Source of the DNA: an uncultured Acidobacteriota bacterium
GTDB lineage: Bacteria > Acidobacteriota > Polarisedimenticolia > Polarisedimenticolales > DASRJG01
DNA length: 61,470 nt
Direction of reading: 5' to 3'
Assembly (NCBI GenBank): GCA_964628935.1
Contig: CAZVOE010000004.1
Span: 1-61,470, forward strand
The stretch's first letter is position 1. Every line of letters begins with the position of its first letter. This document shows positions 36,587 through 45,476 of the stretch, piece by piece. The notes beneath the pieces are model-generated. The model made no database searches. It saw nothing but the letters and a program-made list of their open reading frames with translations, and was not told the DNA's origin. Made by a program: the position numbers and the translations under genes.

Positions 36587-37611
36587 CCGTCCTGCTCGAC
36601 GCCGCCGCGCGCGTCCTTCTCGGCTTCGTTCCCGTGCTCGGCCTTCTGGTGGCGCTCCGCGCCTTCGATGCCCACAAGCTCCTGCGCCTGCGGGACGTGG
36701 TCCGGACCCTCGCGTTGGGGGCGGCCTGTGCTCTCGTCGCGCTCCCGACGAACAAGGCGCTCGAGGAGATCCTCGGCTTCGAGACCCAGGCCGTGTCGCG
36801 CTACGTCGCCCCGCTCGTCGAGGAGGCTCTCAAGGCCGGCGTGCTCGTGTGGCTCATCCGCGGCCACCGGGTCGGGTTTCTCGTGGACGCGGGGATCCAC
36901 GGGTTCGCGGCGGGAGCCGGCTTCGCCCTCGCCGAGAACTTTCAGTTCTGGCTTTCGAGGCCCGACGCCGGCCTCGCGGTCTGGTTCGTTCGCGGGTGCG
37001 GCACGGCCGTGATGCACGCGGGAACCGGGGGGGTGATCGCCCTGGGGGCGAAGGCCGGATGGGATCGCGCGGTCGCGCCGCGGGCCGTCCACTGGGCGCC
37101 GGGTTTCGCGATCGCCGTGGCCCTCCACTCCGCCTTCAACCACTTCCCCGTCTCGCCGCTCCTATCGACGGCGGGGATCGCCGTCGTGGCGCCGCCGCTC
37201 GTCGCCGCGGTGTTCCAGCGCGCGGTGCGGGGGACGCAGCACCGGTTGCGCCGCGGCTTCGATGCCGACACGGAACTTCTCGGGTTGATTCTGACGGGCG
37301 CAATCTCGCATTCCCCCGTCGGCGAGTACCTCGCGAACCTGCGGGAGCGGTTTCGGCCGGAGGTCGTGGTCGATCTTCTCTGCTACCTCAGAATCCGTTT
37401 GGAACTCTCCCTTCACGTGAAGGGCCTCCTCCTCCTGAGGGAGGCAGGGTTCGATCCGGAGCCCGACCCCCAGATCGGGGCGAAACTCACCGAGCTCGAG
37501 TTCCTCGAGAAGAGCATCGGAGCGACGGGGCGGCTGGCGTTGGCTCCGTTTCTCCGAGGCGGACCCGAAGAGATCTGGCAGAACGGATTGCTCCGCGGCG
37601 GGGGGCGCTGA
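36583..37611 (+). CDS. PrsW-family intramembrane metalloprotease with ~110-aa cytoplasmic C-terminal extension; GTG start
   Basis: VEEALKAG, GFAAGAGFALAENF, GTAVMHAGTGG, LHSAFNH (PrsW signature boxes). GTGA overlap with the upstream gene. Confidence 0.85.
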   Translation: MTVLLDAAARVLLGFVPVLGLLVALRAFDAHKLLRLRDVVRTLALGAACALVALPTNKALEEILGFETQAVSRYVAPLVEEALKAGVLVWLIRGHRVGFLVDAGIHGFAAGAGFALAENFQFWLSRPDAGLAVWFVRGCGTAVMHAGTGGVIALGAKAGWDRAVAPRAVHWAPGFAIAVALHSAFNHFPVSPLLSTAGIAVVAPPLVAAVFQRAVRGTQHRLRRGFDADTELLGLILTGAISHSPVGEYLANLRERFRPEVVVDLLCYLRIRLELSLHVKGLLLLREAGFDPEPDPQIGAKLTELEFLEKSIGATGRLALAPFLRGGPEEIWQNGLLRGGGR

Positions 37612-37629
37612 TCGCGCCCTACGCCCCGG

Positions 37630-40600
37630 TCAGGGTCCCTCGTTGCCGCACGAGTCGGCGGCGCGCACCACATAAAAGCGCGGGTTGAGGTTCCCCAGGT
37701 CGTCGCGGTCCTCGAACACCGTCTCCGACGTTTCCCCGATTCTCACCCACGACCCAGACGGTGCGCTGGCCCGGTAGATTCGGTAGGACGAGGCTCCGGC
37801 GGACGGGTCCCAGGTCAACCGGACGTGCGCGTCGTTGACGTTGTCGAGACGGACCGTCGACCCGAGCGGCGCAGGGGGCGCCTGGGAGGTCTCGTCGCGG
37901 GCCGAACGCCGGACGAGGTTGTCGTCGGTGACGCCACCGTTGTGCGGACCGGTCGAGCACGTCTCGTCGTTCTCCGCCCGGACGACGTAGTGGAGGGTGA
38001 CGTCGTTCGGGGCGCCGGAGTCGACCCAGCCGGTTCCCGTCAATCCCGCGGCAATGCGGTTCGCGGGTCCCGGCACGAACGCAGGGTCCGACGAGCGGTA
38101 GACCGCGTAGCTCCCGCCGCTTCCCGTTCCCCACGCGGGGGCGGGCGCCCAGGCGAGTGCGACCCCTCCGTCGGCGCAGCCGTCCGCGTCGCTCGCGGAG
38201 AGGAGACCTGCGAAAGACGGCGCTCCCGTACAGGCCCCGCACGCCGCGTAATCCGGCTCCGAGGCGCTCTTCAGGATCAAGCGGTCGACGTTCCACGACG
38301 AGCCGTGGGAGGTCGTTCCCGGCCCGGCGTTCAGCCGGAAGGCGATCTGCAGTTGGCCGTTCGCGTCGGCGTGCTGGGAGATGTCGATCGTCTGGAGCGA
38401 CCAGGCGGAATCCGCGACGCCGGGGATGCTGGGGCTCGTCCAGACTCCCTGCCAGACACCTCCCTTTCGCACCTCGACGTACGCGATCCCGGGGGGCGAG
38501 ACGTTGAGCCATCTCCGGAACTTCAACTGTCCTCCGGAGAGGGTCGAGGCGTCGATCACCGGACTGATGGCGCGGAGGCTCGTCCCCGGTTCGTAGTCCC
38601 CCGGATAGGCGCCGAGACCGGTGAGGTCCTGACCGAGGACTTTCGTTCCTTCGAACGCCCCACTCGGGTCGCCGGGCGTTCCGAGACCTTGCGGGGCGCC
38701 GATTTGCCAGTCGCCCTCGAGCGTCCACCCCGCGGCCGCTTCGAACGTCTCCCGGTACATACCGGGGATTCGCCATGCGTTCAACTGGAAGGGGTTCCCC
38801 GCCGCGTCGGCGCTCGCCGTGTTTCCGTGCGTGTCGGCGGAGGTGACCCGGAAGTGGATCCTGCCGCACTCGAGCATCGGCCCGATCGTGAGGGCGTGAC
38901 TCGTCTTGAGGACGGCGTCGGAGACGGTACTGCCGAGACCCGCGGTCGTTCCCCAATCGACACGCGAGGTCGCCGGTTCCGAAGTGGTCCAGCGAATGGT
39001 CGCCTTGTCGTCCTGAATGTCGGTGACGCGGACGTCGGAAATCGCCGGTCCGCCGCAATCGACATCCGCGGTCTCGAAGGAAGTCGCGGGCATGCCTCGA
39101 CCGTTGTCTTCGTCGTGGTAGGTGGCCGTGATCAGGTCGCCGTGGGCGACCTGTACGACGCCGTCCCCGCCGCCGGCGGGGGTCGATCCGGTCGGGACGC
39201 TTCCCGTGAACTGCGAGGTGTTGGGCCCGGTCTCGACCAGGATCGACGTCTCGGGGGAGGGTTCGGACGAGGACGAGACGTTCACCGCGACGGTGTCCGC
39301 CGCGGTCGGGTCCGTGTTCAGGTCGAGGTCGACGACCTTCACCTGGAGGCCGTCGGCGCAGGAGACGACCGTCTTCGGAAGGGACAGGAGTCCCGCGTGG
39401 CAGGGCTGGAGCCCTTCTCCGAAATCCCCCCACGTTTCGAACGAGTGATACTGACCGCCGTTCGTGTCCTCCGATACGTTCCCCGGCGCGTCGGCGCTCT
39501 CGACGCTGAACCAGTAGACCGTGCACGCGCGCAGACCGGTCAGGTTGACCGCGTGATCGGTCACGAGCCCGCCGGCGCCCGCGGTTAGATCCCGGGGCGG
39601 GCCCTCCCCCCCCCGAACCACCCAGCTCGAAACCTCGTCGGTGTTCCACCGAACGGTCGCGCGGACGTCGGTCACCGAATCGGTTCCGACACCGGAGATG
39701 ACCGGACCCTGGCAGTCGGCCGCAGCCGTGTCGGTCTTCGGAACGTTCGATCCGCCCTGGCCGTCGTCCGCGTCGAGGTAGCGGACCGTGATCGTGTCGG
39801 AGTGCGCGACCTGGACCTTCCCGTCGGACGCGACCGGGCCGCCGTCGGTCCGGACGGTTCCCTTGAACACGCCCGACGTCGCGGAGGTTTCCGTGAGCGT
39901 CACCGTCTCCGGAGCGCTCTCACGATTCGAGAACGCCTCGATCGCGACCGTCCCCGCGCCGCGGAGGTCGGCGTCGGTCAGGGTCACGCCGAGGGTTCCC
40001 GAGCAGGACGCCGAGGCCTCCTGGATCCGGATTCTGCCGTCGGGCGTGGCGGTGTTCGACACGGCCTCGTAGGCGTCGACGCGCCCCATGCCGTACGCGT
40101 TGTCGATGCCGGGGGCGCCGAGGTCGATCGCCGTGTCCATCAGGATCTGTTTGAGGTCGTCGTGGGTGAGCCCCGGGCTCGAAGAGACCATGAGCGCGAC
40201 CGTTCCCGCCACGTGCGGCGTCGCCATCGAGGTGCCGCTCTTGAACGAGTAGCCCGAGCAGACGTTGTGGCTCTTGGTGTCGACTCCCGGCGCCGAGACG
40301 TCCGGCTTGATCAAGCCGGGCGGGTACGGGTGGTCGTTCCAAGGCGGGACGTCCTCCCAGGTGACCGGCCCACGGGACGAAAAGCCCGCGATCTGGTCGC
40401 TGCAGTCGGTCGCTCCCACCGTGATCACGCGCGGGACGTCGCCGGGGGTGCGGACGTTGTCGGGCTCGTTCCCCGAACCCTCGTTCCCCGCCGCGATCAC
40501 CATCGCGGTCCCCGCCTCGATCGTGTTCTCGGCGTTCTGCCGCCAGGTGGCGCGGTCCGGGTTCTGGTCGTGCGGCCAGCCGAGGCTCATGGAGATCGCG

Positions 40601-41604
40601 TCGGCGCCGTTGTCTGCCGCGTACTGCATCGCGTTCCAGACATCGACCTCGTCGGCGAAAGTCACCCCGACCTTGACCGCCATGATCTTCGCGTCGGGGG
40701 CCATGCCGGCCTGTGTCCCCGCCGTGCCGTCCCCCGCGACCGTGCCGGCGCAGTGGGAGCCGTGCGAGTTGTCGTCGTTCGGGACGTTGTCGCCGTTGTC
40801 GAAGTCCCACCCGATCAAGTCGTCGACGAAGCCGTTGACGTCGTCGTCGATCCCGTTCATGTCGTCGGGGTCCATCACGGCGCCGTCCGCGTCGAGATCC
40901 TCGCCGGGGTTGACCCACATCTGGTTCGCGATGTCGGTGTGGGTGTGGCAGACCCCGGTGTCGATCACCGCGACGACCGCTCCCTCGCCGGTGACGCCGA
41001 GCTCGTTCCAGACCTCGGGCGCGCGCATCACGCCCACGCCGCACTCGATCTCGGCGATCGCGTCTCGCGGCGCCGGGTCGACGAAGAGCCGCGGGGCCGG
41101 CGGGGGAGCGAGGTCTTCCCGTTCGCTCCGGTCGCCGAGGAGGACGTCGACCTTCGGGTTATGGTTGATCCAGGCAACCTCCGGGCGTGCGGCGAGTTCG
41201 CGGATCACGGCCGGAGTGGCGTCGACGCCGATGACGTTTCCGATCCAAAGAGGGCGGATGCGTGCGACCTCGCCGGTCCGCTCGAGCTGCCCGAGACGCG
41301 CGAGGATCGCGGCTTGTGTCCGCGCGGCATGCGCGCGCAGCAGATCGCAAACCACACGCCGTCCTTCGCTTCGCCCGAGCCCCTGTCTCGCGATCCGAAG
41401 CCGTTCCACGGGAACGCGGTCCGACAGCACGATGCTCACCGGGACGAGCCGGTCGTCCGGGGACTCCGCGAGGACCTCCTCGAGCGGAGGACGGAGCCGC
41501 GGTGAGACGGGGTCGTCCCCCGCGTGACCGGGCAGGAAGGGGACCGCCAAGAGTCCGATCGCGACGAGGAGCGTCCGGAACGGGAACGGTCGAGAGGCGC
41601 CCAT
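37630..41604 (-). CDS. 1324-aa secreted S8 subtilisin-like peptidase with propeptide, internally duplicated Ig-like+Fn3-like modules, a MAM/LamG-like jelly-roll and two terminal Fn3-like domains
   Basis: Signal peptide. VVAVIDTGV (Asp), NSHGSHCAGTVAG (His), SGTSMATPHVAGTVALM (Ser). VRWNTDEVSS and IRWTTSEPATSRVDWG (PAP-N/Fn3-like). ETFEAAAGWTLEGDWQIGAP (jelly-roll). SYRIYRAS...FYVVRAADSCGNEGP at the C-terminus. Confidence 0.9.
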   Translation of the reverse strand: MGASRPFPFRTLLVAIGLLAVPFLPGHAGDDPVSPRLRPPLEEVLAESPDDRLVPVSIVLSDRVPVERLRIARQGLGRSEGRRVVCDLLRAHAARTQAAILARLGQLERTGEVARIRPLWIGNVIGVDATPAVIRELAARPEVAWINHNPKVDVLLGDRSEREDLAPPPAPRLFVDPAPRDAIAEIECGVGVMRAPEVWNELGVTGEGAVVAVIDTGVCHTHTDIANQMWVNPGEDLDADGAVMDPDDMNGIDDDVNGFVDDLIGWDFDNGDNVPNDDNSHGSHCAGTVAGDGTAGTQAGMAPDAKIMAVKVGVTFADEVDVWNAMQYAADNGADAISMSLGWPHDQNPDRATWRQNAENTIEAGTAMVIAAGNEGSGNEPDNVRTPGDVPRVITVGATDCSDQIAGFSSRGPVTWEDVPPWNDHPYPPGLIKPDVSAPGVDTKSHNVCSGYSFKSGTSMATPHVAGTVALMVSSSPGLTHDDLKQILMDTAIDLGAPGIDNAYGMGRVDAYEAVSNTATPDGRIRIQEASASCSGTLGVTLTDADLRGAGTVAIEAFSNRESAPETVTLTETSATSGVFKGTVRTDGGPVASDGKVQVAHSDTITVRYLDADDGQGGSNVPKTDTAAADCQGPVISGVGTDSVTDVRATVRWNTDEVSSWVVRGGEGPPRDLTAGAGGLVTDHAVNLTGLRACTVYWFSVESADAPGNVSEDTNGGQYHSFETWGDFGEGLQPCHAGLLSLPKTVVSCADGLQVKVVDLDLNTDPTAADTVAVNVSSSSEPSPETSILVETGPNTSQFTGSVPTGSTPAGGGDGVVQVAHGDLITATYHDEDNGRGMPATSFETADVDCGGPAISDVRVTDIQDDKATIRWTTSEPATSRVDWGTTAGLGSTVSDAVLKTSHALTIGPMLECGRIHFRVTSADTHGNTASADAAGNPFQLNAWRIPGMYRETFEAAAGWTLEGDWQIGAPQGLGTPGDPSGAFEGTKVLGQDLTGLGAYPGDYEPGTSLRAISPVIDASTLSGGQLKFRRWLNVSPPGIAYVEVRKGGVWQGVWTSPSIPGVADSAWSLQTIDISQHADANGQLQIAFRLNAGPGTTSHGSSWNVDRLILKSASEPDYAACGACTGAPSFAGLLSASDADGCADGGVALAWAPAPAWGTGSGGSYAVYRSSDPAFVPGPANRIAAGLTGTGWVDSGAPNDVTLHYVVRAENDETCSTGPHNGGVTDDNLVRRSARDETSQAPPAPLGSTVRLDNVNDAHVRLTWDPSAGASSYRIYRASAPSGSWVRIGETSETVFEDRDDLGNLNPRFYVVRAADSCGNEGP

Positions 41605-41832
41605 ACGCTGTCCTCCTCCGGCGGCGCGAGCGCGCCCCGGGCGGTCGCGGGGGGTCGGTGCAGGAGCTTCTATACGGCCTTTCCGCCCCGCGGCTCAACC
41701 GTTTTCCGGCGAAGTATTCAAAGCTGTGTCTGCTTTCGGCATGAGACGAACAGTTGTCGTATGCAATAACGCATTGTCATCGTACGATTTCACGGTATAT
41801 GAAACAACGCGATGTCTGTTTAAGTTGAAAGG
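41605..41832. promoter_or_regulatory. AT-rich divergent intergenic region (probable promoters for the S8 peptidase gene and the orphan STAS gene)
   Basis: A hand count of 41761-41820 gives 24/60 G+C, against a much more GC-rich background. Contains short inverted repeats (CAATAACGCATTG, TCGTACGA). Confidence 0.4.
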
Positions 41833-42240
41833 ATGTCAAATATGAATCGCGACCGTTCGGGGGCTCCGGTTCTTCAGGCTGACCTTTCGCCTGAAGGGGT
41901 CGTCGTGCTCCGCCCGGGCGCGGACGGCCCCGTTCGGGGCGCACAGGTCGAGGCCATCCTCGCGGCCGTCGAGCCGATGCTCCGCGATCCCGGCGCGCGG
42001 GTCGCTCTCGACGTCTCCCGGATCGAGTTCTTCGGTCCCAACGAGATCGATGCCCTGCTGAAGCTACGGGACGACGCCAAGAGACAGGACAGCCGGTTCG
42101 CGGTCTTCGGAGTCGCGGGGGTGATCCGGGACATCTTCCAGCTCGGGGGCCTCGACGTGCTGATCGGGGCGTTCCCGAACGAGGAGGCGGCGCTCCGGTA
42201 TCTCGCCGGCGCTCCCCGTCCCGGCGAGCGGTGGCATTAG
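41833..42240 (+). CDS. orphan STAS-domain protein (anti-sigma antagonist-like) lacking the conserved Ser
   Basis: VALDVSRIEFFGPNEIDALLKL occupies the position where RsbV/SpoIIAA-type proteins have (D/S)SxG. Two in-frame ATGs (41833, 41842); AAGGA spacing favours 41842. Confidence 0.7.
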   Translation: MSNMNRDRSGAPVLQADLSPEGVVVLRPGADGPVRGAQVEAILAAVEPMLRDPGARVALDVSRIEFFGPNEIDALLKLRDDAKRQDSRFAVFGVAGVIRDIFQLGGLDVLIGAFPNEEAALRYLAGAPRPGERWH

Positions 42241-42797
42241 GAGGCGACGGCTTCCTGCACTCGCTTTCGATCTGCCTCGGTGGGGACACCGTAGATCGCG
42301 AGCCGGACGATCCCGCCCGGTCCCACGACCAGCGTGCACGGCACGAGATAGACGCGCCGCAACGGATTGGCTCCGCTCCGGTCCGCGAGGTGGACCGGTA
42401 GGCGCAGGGCCGCGGGGCTTGGCGCGCTCGGGGACTCGGCCGAGGGGGGGTCGGTGCGCACCGCCCGCAGGGTCGCCCCTCCGAACGCGCCCTCGTCGAG
42501 CCAGGCGTTCCAAACGGGGAGCGTCTCCTCGCACGCGGGGCATGTCGAGGAGTAGATCAGGAGCACATGGATTCCCGAGCCGAACTCGAGCGCGATCCGG
42601 TTCCCGTCGGGATCGAAGACCGGGACGGGATCGAGCGTCTCCCCCTCGGCGAGCGCGTCGGAGGGCATGGCATGGCCCGCTCGACAGGCGGACAGGTCTT
42701 CCTTGAGCCCGCGATTCTGCAGGGCGAGGAGAACCACGAGGACCGCAAGCGCCAGGCTCGCGACGGCGAGGAAGCTCCCGAACCGGTCGTGCTTCAC
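42237..42797 (-). CDS. membrane-anchored thioredoxin-fold protein (TlpA/ResA-like); GTG start
   Basis: N-terminal TM helix FLAVASLALAVLVVLLAL. CxxC in IYSSTCPACEETLPVW. GTGA overlap with the thiolase stop. Confidence 0.75.
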   Translation of the reverse strand: MKHDRFGSFLAVASLALAVLVVLLALQNRGLKEDLSACRAGHAMPSDALAEGETLDPVPVFDPDGNRIALEFGSGIHVLLIYSSTCPACEETLPVWNAWLDEGAFGGATLRAVRTDPPSAESPSAPSPAALRLPVHLADRSGANPLRRVYLVPCTLVVGPGGIVRLAIYGVPTEADRKRVQEAVAS

Positions 42798-43999
42798 ACG
42801 CCCACCTTCACGACGATCGCGCCGGCGGTGTCCCCCGCCGCGCAACCGACGAAGAGCCCGTACCCGCCTCCGACGAGCGCGAGTTCCTCGATCGTCTCGA
42901 CGATGAGCCGCATTCCGGTCGGCCCCTGCGGATGCCCGTAGATCAGCGAGGAGCCGTAGTTGTTGAAACGCTCCGGCTTCAGGCCGAGCTCCCGGCCGAG
43001 GTAGCAGTCGTTCACCGCGAACGGATTGTGAGTCTTGATCACGCGGACGTCCCCGAGGGCGATCCCCGCATGCTCGAGGGCGCGCCGCGCTGCGGGAACG
43101 GTCGCCATCGCCATGAACCCCTTTTTCGCTCTCCCTTGACCGAAGGACACGATACGGACCTCGATCGAGGGATCCCGGGAAATCTCGCGCGCCCGTTCTC
43201 GGGAGGCGACCAGCACCCCGGCGTTCCCGTCGGCGGGGTGGGTCTGGCTCCCGAAGGTCACGGTTCCGTCCGGGAGGACCGGCTTCAGCTTGGCGAGCCC
43301 CTCCCTCGTGGTGGCGAACACCCCTTCGTCGCCGGTCACGGTCGCGATCACCTTCCGCCCCGAGGCATCCTTCACCTCGAGCGGCGACGTCAGGAAGCGC
43401 TTGAGGAAGGCCGAGTCGTTTTCGAGCGCCTCGTTGTACTGCTCGTAGCGAAGGAGCGTCATCTCGTCCTGCTCCTCCCGCCCGATGCCCGCCTCGCGCG
43501 CGACGTTCTCCGCGGTCTGGATCATCGAGTTCCGAGCCCAAGGATCGTGGCCGAACGAGTCGAGCACCAGGTCTTCCTTTTCACCGGTTCCGCCGGGCCC
43601 GAGGGGGTTCGGGTAGTAGACGTGCGGTCCGTTGCTGCAACGGTCGGCGGTGACCGCGAGGATCGTACATTCCCCCGAGAGCTCGACTTCCGCCGCCGTG
43701 GCCGCCAACGTTCGGGCTCCGGTCGCGCAGGCCTGCCCGACCATCGGACCCGTGATCCCCTCCGCGCCGAGCAGAGCGGCGAACCAAGGCCCGCCGTAAA
43801 GCTGGTGCTTCTGGAGAACGGTGATGCCGAGTGCAACGCCGTCGAGGGAGGACGGCTCGAGGCCGCGGTCGGCGAGGACCCGACGGGCCGTGTCGGCGGC
43901 GAACGGGATCGCGGGGAGGTGAGAGAAGCTCCCCTGCCACTTGCAGAACGGAGTGCTCCAGTAGGCGCCGTAGGGGACGTACACCTTCTCGAATCGCAC
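42794..43999 (-). CDS. thiolase family acetyl-CoA C-acyltransferase
   Basis: MVGQACATGARTL (nucleophilic Cys), IYGHPQGPTG (His), GCAAGDTAGAIVV (C-terminal Cys). Confidence 0.9.
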   Translation of the reverse strand: MRFEKVYVPYGAYWSTPFCKWQGSFSHLPAIPFAADTARRVLADRGLEPSSLDGVALGITVLQKHQLYGGPWFAALLGAEGITGPMVGQACATGARTLAATAAEVELSGECTILAVTADRCSNGPHVYYPNPLGPGGTGEKEDLVLDSFGHDPWARNSMIQTAENVAREAGIGREEQDEMTLLRYEQYNEALENDSAFLKRFLTSPLEVKDASGRKVIATVTGDEGVFATTREGLAKLKPVLPDGTVTFGSQTHPADGNAGVLVASRERAREISRDPSIEVRIVSFGQGRAKKGFMAMATVPAARRALEHAGIALGDVRVIKTHNPFAVNDCYLGRELGLKPERFNNYGSSLIYGHPQGPTGMRLIVETIEELALVGGGYGLFVGCAAGDTAGAIVVKVGV

Positions 44000-44090
44000 G
44001 GGACCCCCTCCTCGGTCGAAAGCCGTTCAGTCTAGCGCATCTCGGCCCCGGATCGGGGATAATCCCCCCGTCCGCACGCACGGAGCGACC

Positions 44091-45476
44091 ATGTGCCCAG
44101 CCTCCGAAGAGAAGCGCCGGCGCTCGCGCTGGATCGCGCGCGCTCTCGAGTGGAACGACCCGCGCGCCAAGTACCCGAACCTCTGGCGCGACGGCATGCC
44201 GGTGCACCTACTCGAGTACGACACCGTCGCCTGCCGTCTACGGATCGGGGACCTCGTCGCGATTTTCTCCCCCGGTTCGGCGAGGCACCCCGACCGGGTC
44301 GACCGCTACATCGGGATCTCGAGAGTGATCGGCTTGAGGCGCGCCCACGAGGCCGGCCTCTACTGGGTCGATCTCGAGACCGCCCACCGTTTTCGCGAGC
44401 CGGTCGATCTCGGGAAAGCGCCGCGGCGCGTGTTCCTCTCCGCCGACCCCGACTGGCAGGGACCGGAGGCCGCCTGGTTCCGCGAGCTCCTCGAGCGCGC
44501 CGCCGCCGAGGGGTACGAGGTTCGTCCCGAAGAGACCGAGGAGGGGGCGGCGCCTTGGCGTCCGTCCGAGAACGCGTCCGACGACGGAGGCGAGACGACC
44601 CCTGCGCACAGGGCGGCGCTTCCGGAGAAACCGTCCCCGCCTCCCGCCCCGGTTCGACGCGGAGGCGACCTGTTCGCGGGGGTGGATTACAGCGGCGACA
44701 TGAGGGATCCGAAGGAGGCCACCTGGCTCGCCGTCGTCGAGAGGGTCGGGGACCGGCTCACCGTGGTTCGGCTCCAGCCGACCGGACGGCACCGCCTCGA
44801 GGCGCTGCTTCGGGATCCGGACGCCGACCTGCAGCGGGTGGAAGCGATCGGGTTCGATTTCCCCTTCGGGCTTCCGATCCCGTTCGCCGAGAGCGTCCTG
44901 GGAGGTCCGTTTCCCGAGGAGGGGTGGTGGGCGCTCGCGAAGCGATTCGGGACGATGACGCGGCCCGAATACTTGACCCTCCTGCACGAATTCCGAGACC
45001 GCGAGGGGGAGCCGAAGCGCTTCACGGACGAACGGACCGGAGCGTTCTCCCCGCTCCACCGCGTGAACCCCGACCTCGGACCGATGACCTTCCACGGCGT
45101 TCGCATGATCGCCGCCGATCGCTCGCGGTACGCGATCCGCCCGTTCGAGCGCGCCAAGGGACGCCGCCTTCTCGAGGTGTACCCGGGGGCGACGACGCGA
45201 TCGCTCGAACTCGCGGAAGGGGGCGAGGGCGGCGGGCGCCTCGCGGCGATCCTCGCAGCGCTCGAGCGCCTCGAGGAGCATCCCCTCGACTTCCCCGCGG
45301 GGATCCGAGAACGGGCGCTGTCGCGCCGCGACGCGCTCGATGCCGTCATCGCGGCACGCTCGGCGGCGGTCGCGGTTCTGACGGGCGAGGCCGACCGGGA
45401 GGTCGAGCATCTCGCCGCCGGCGAATCCGGCCGCGTCCGGCTGGAGGGCTGGATCTACGGGGCGCCGGAGCCCTGA
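44091..45476 (+). CDS. two-domain protein: N-terminal PUA-like (EVE/ASCH-type pattern, tentative) + acidic/Pro linker + C-terminal DUF429 (predicted RNase-H-fold nuclease)
   Basis: N-terminus: RIGDLVAIFSPGS...RYIGISRVIG...LYWVDLETAHRFREPVDL. C-terminus: LFAGVDYSGD, AIGFDFPFGLP, LLEVYPGATT, RRDALDAVIAARSAA (DUF429-like landmarks, from memory). Confidence 0.65.
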   Translation: MCPASEEKRRRSRWIARALEWNDPRAKYPNLWRDGMPVHLLEYDTVACRLRIGDLVAIFSPGSARHPDRVDRYIGISRVIGLRRAHEAGLYWVDLETAHRFREPVDLGKAPRRVFLSADPDWQGPEAAWFRELLERAAAEGYEVRPEETEEGAAPWRPSENASDDGGETTPAHRAALPEKPSPPPAPVRRGGDLFAGVDYSGDMRDPKEATWLAVVERVGDRLTVVRLQPTGRHRLEALLRDPDADLQRVEAIGFDFPFGLPIPFAESVLGGPFPEEGWWALAKRFGTMTRPEYLTLLHEFRDREGEPKRFTDERTGAFSPLHRVNPDLGPMTFHGVRMIAADRSRYAIRPFERAKGRRLLEVYPGATTRSLELAEGGEGGGRLAAILAALERLEEHPLDFPAGIRERALSRRDALDAVIAARSAAVAVLTGEADREVEHLAAGESGRVRLEGWIYGAPEP

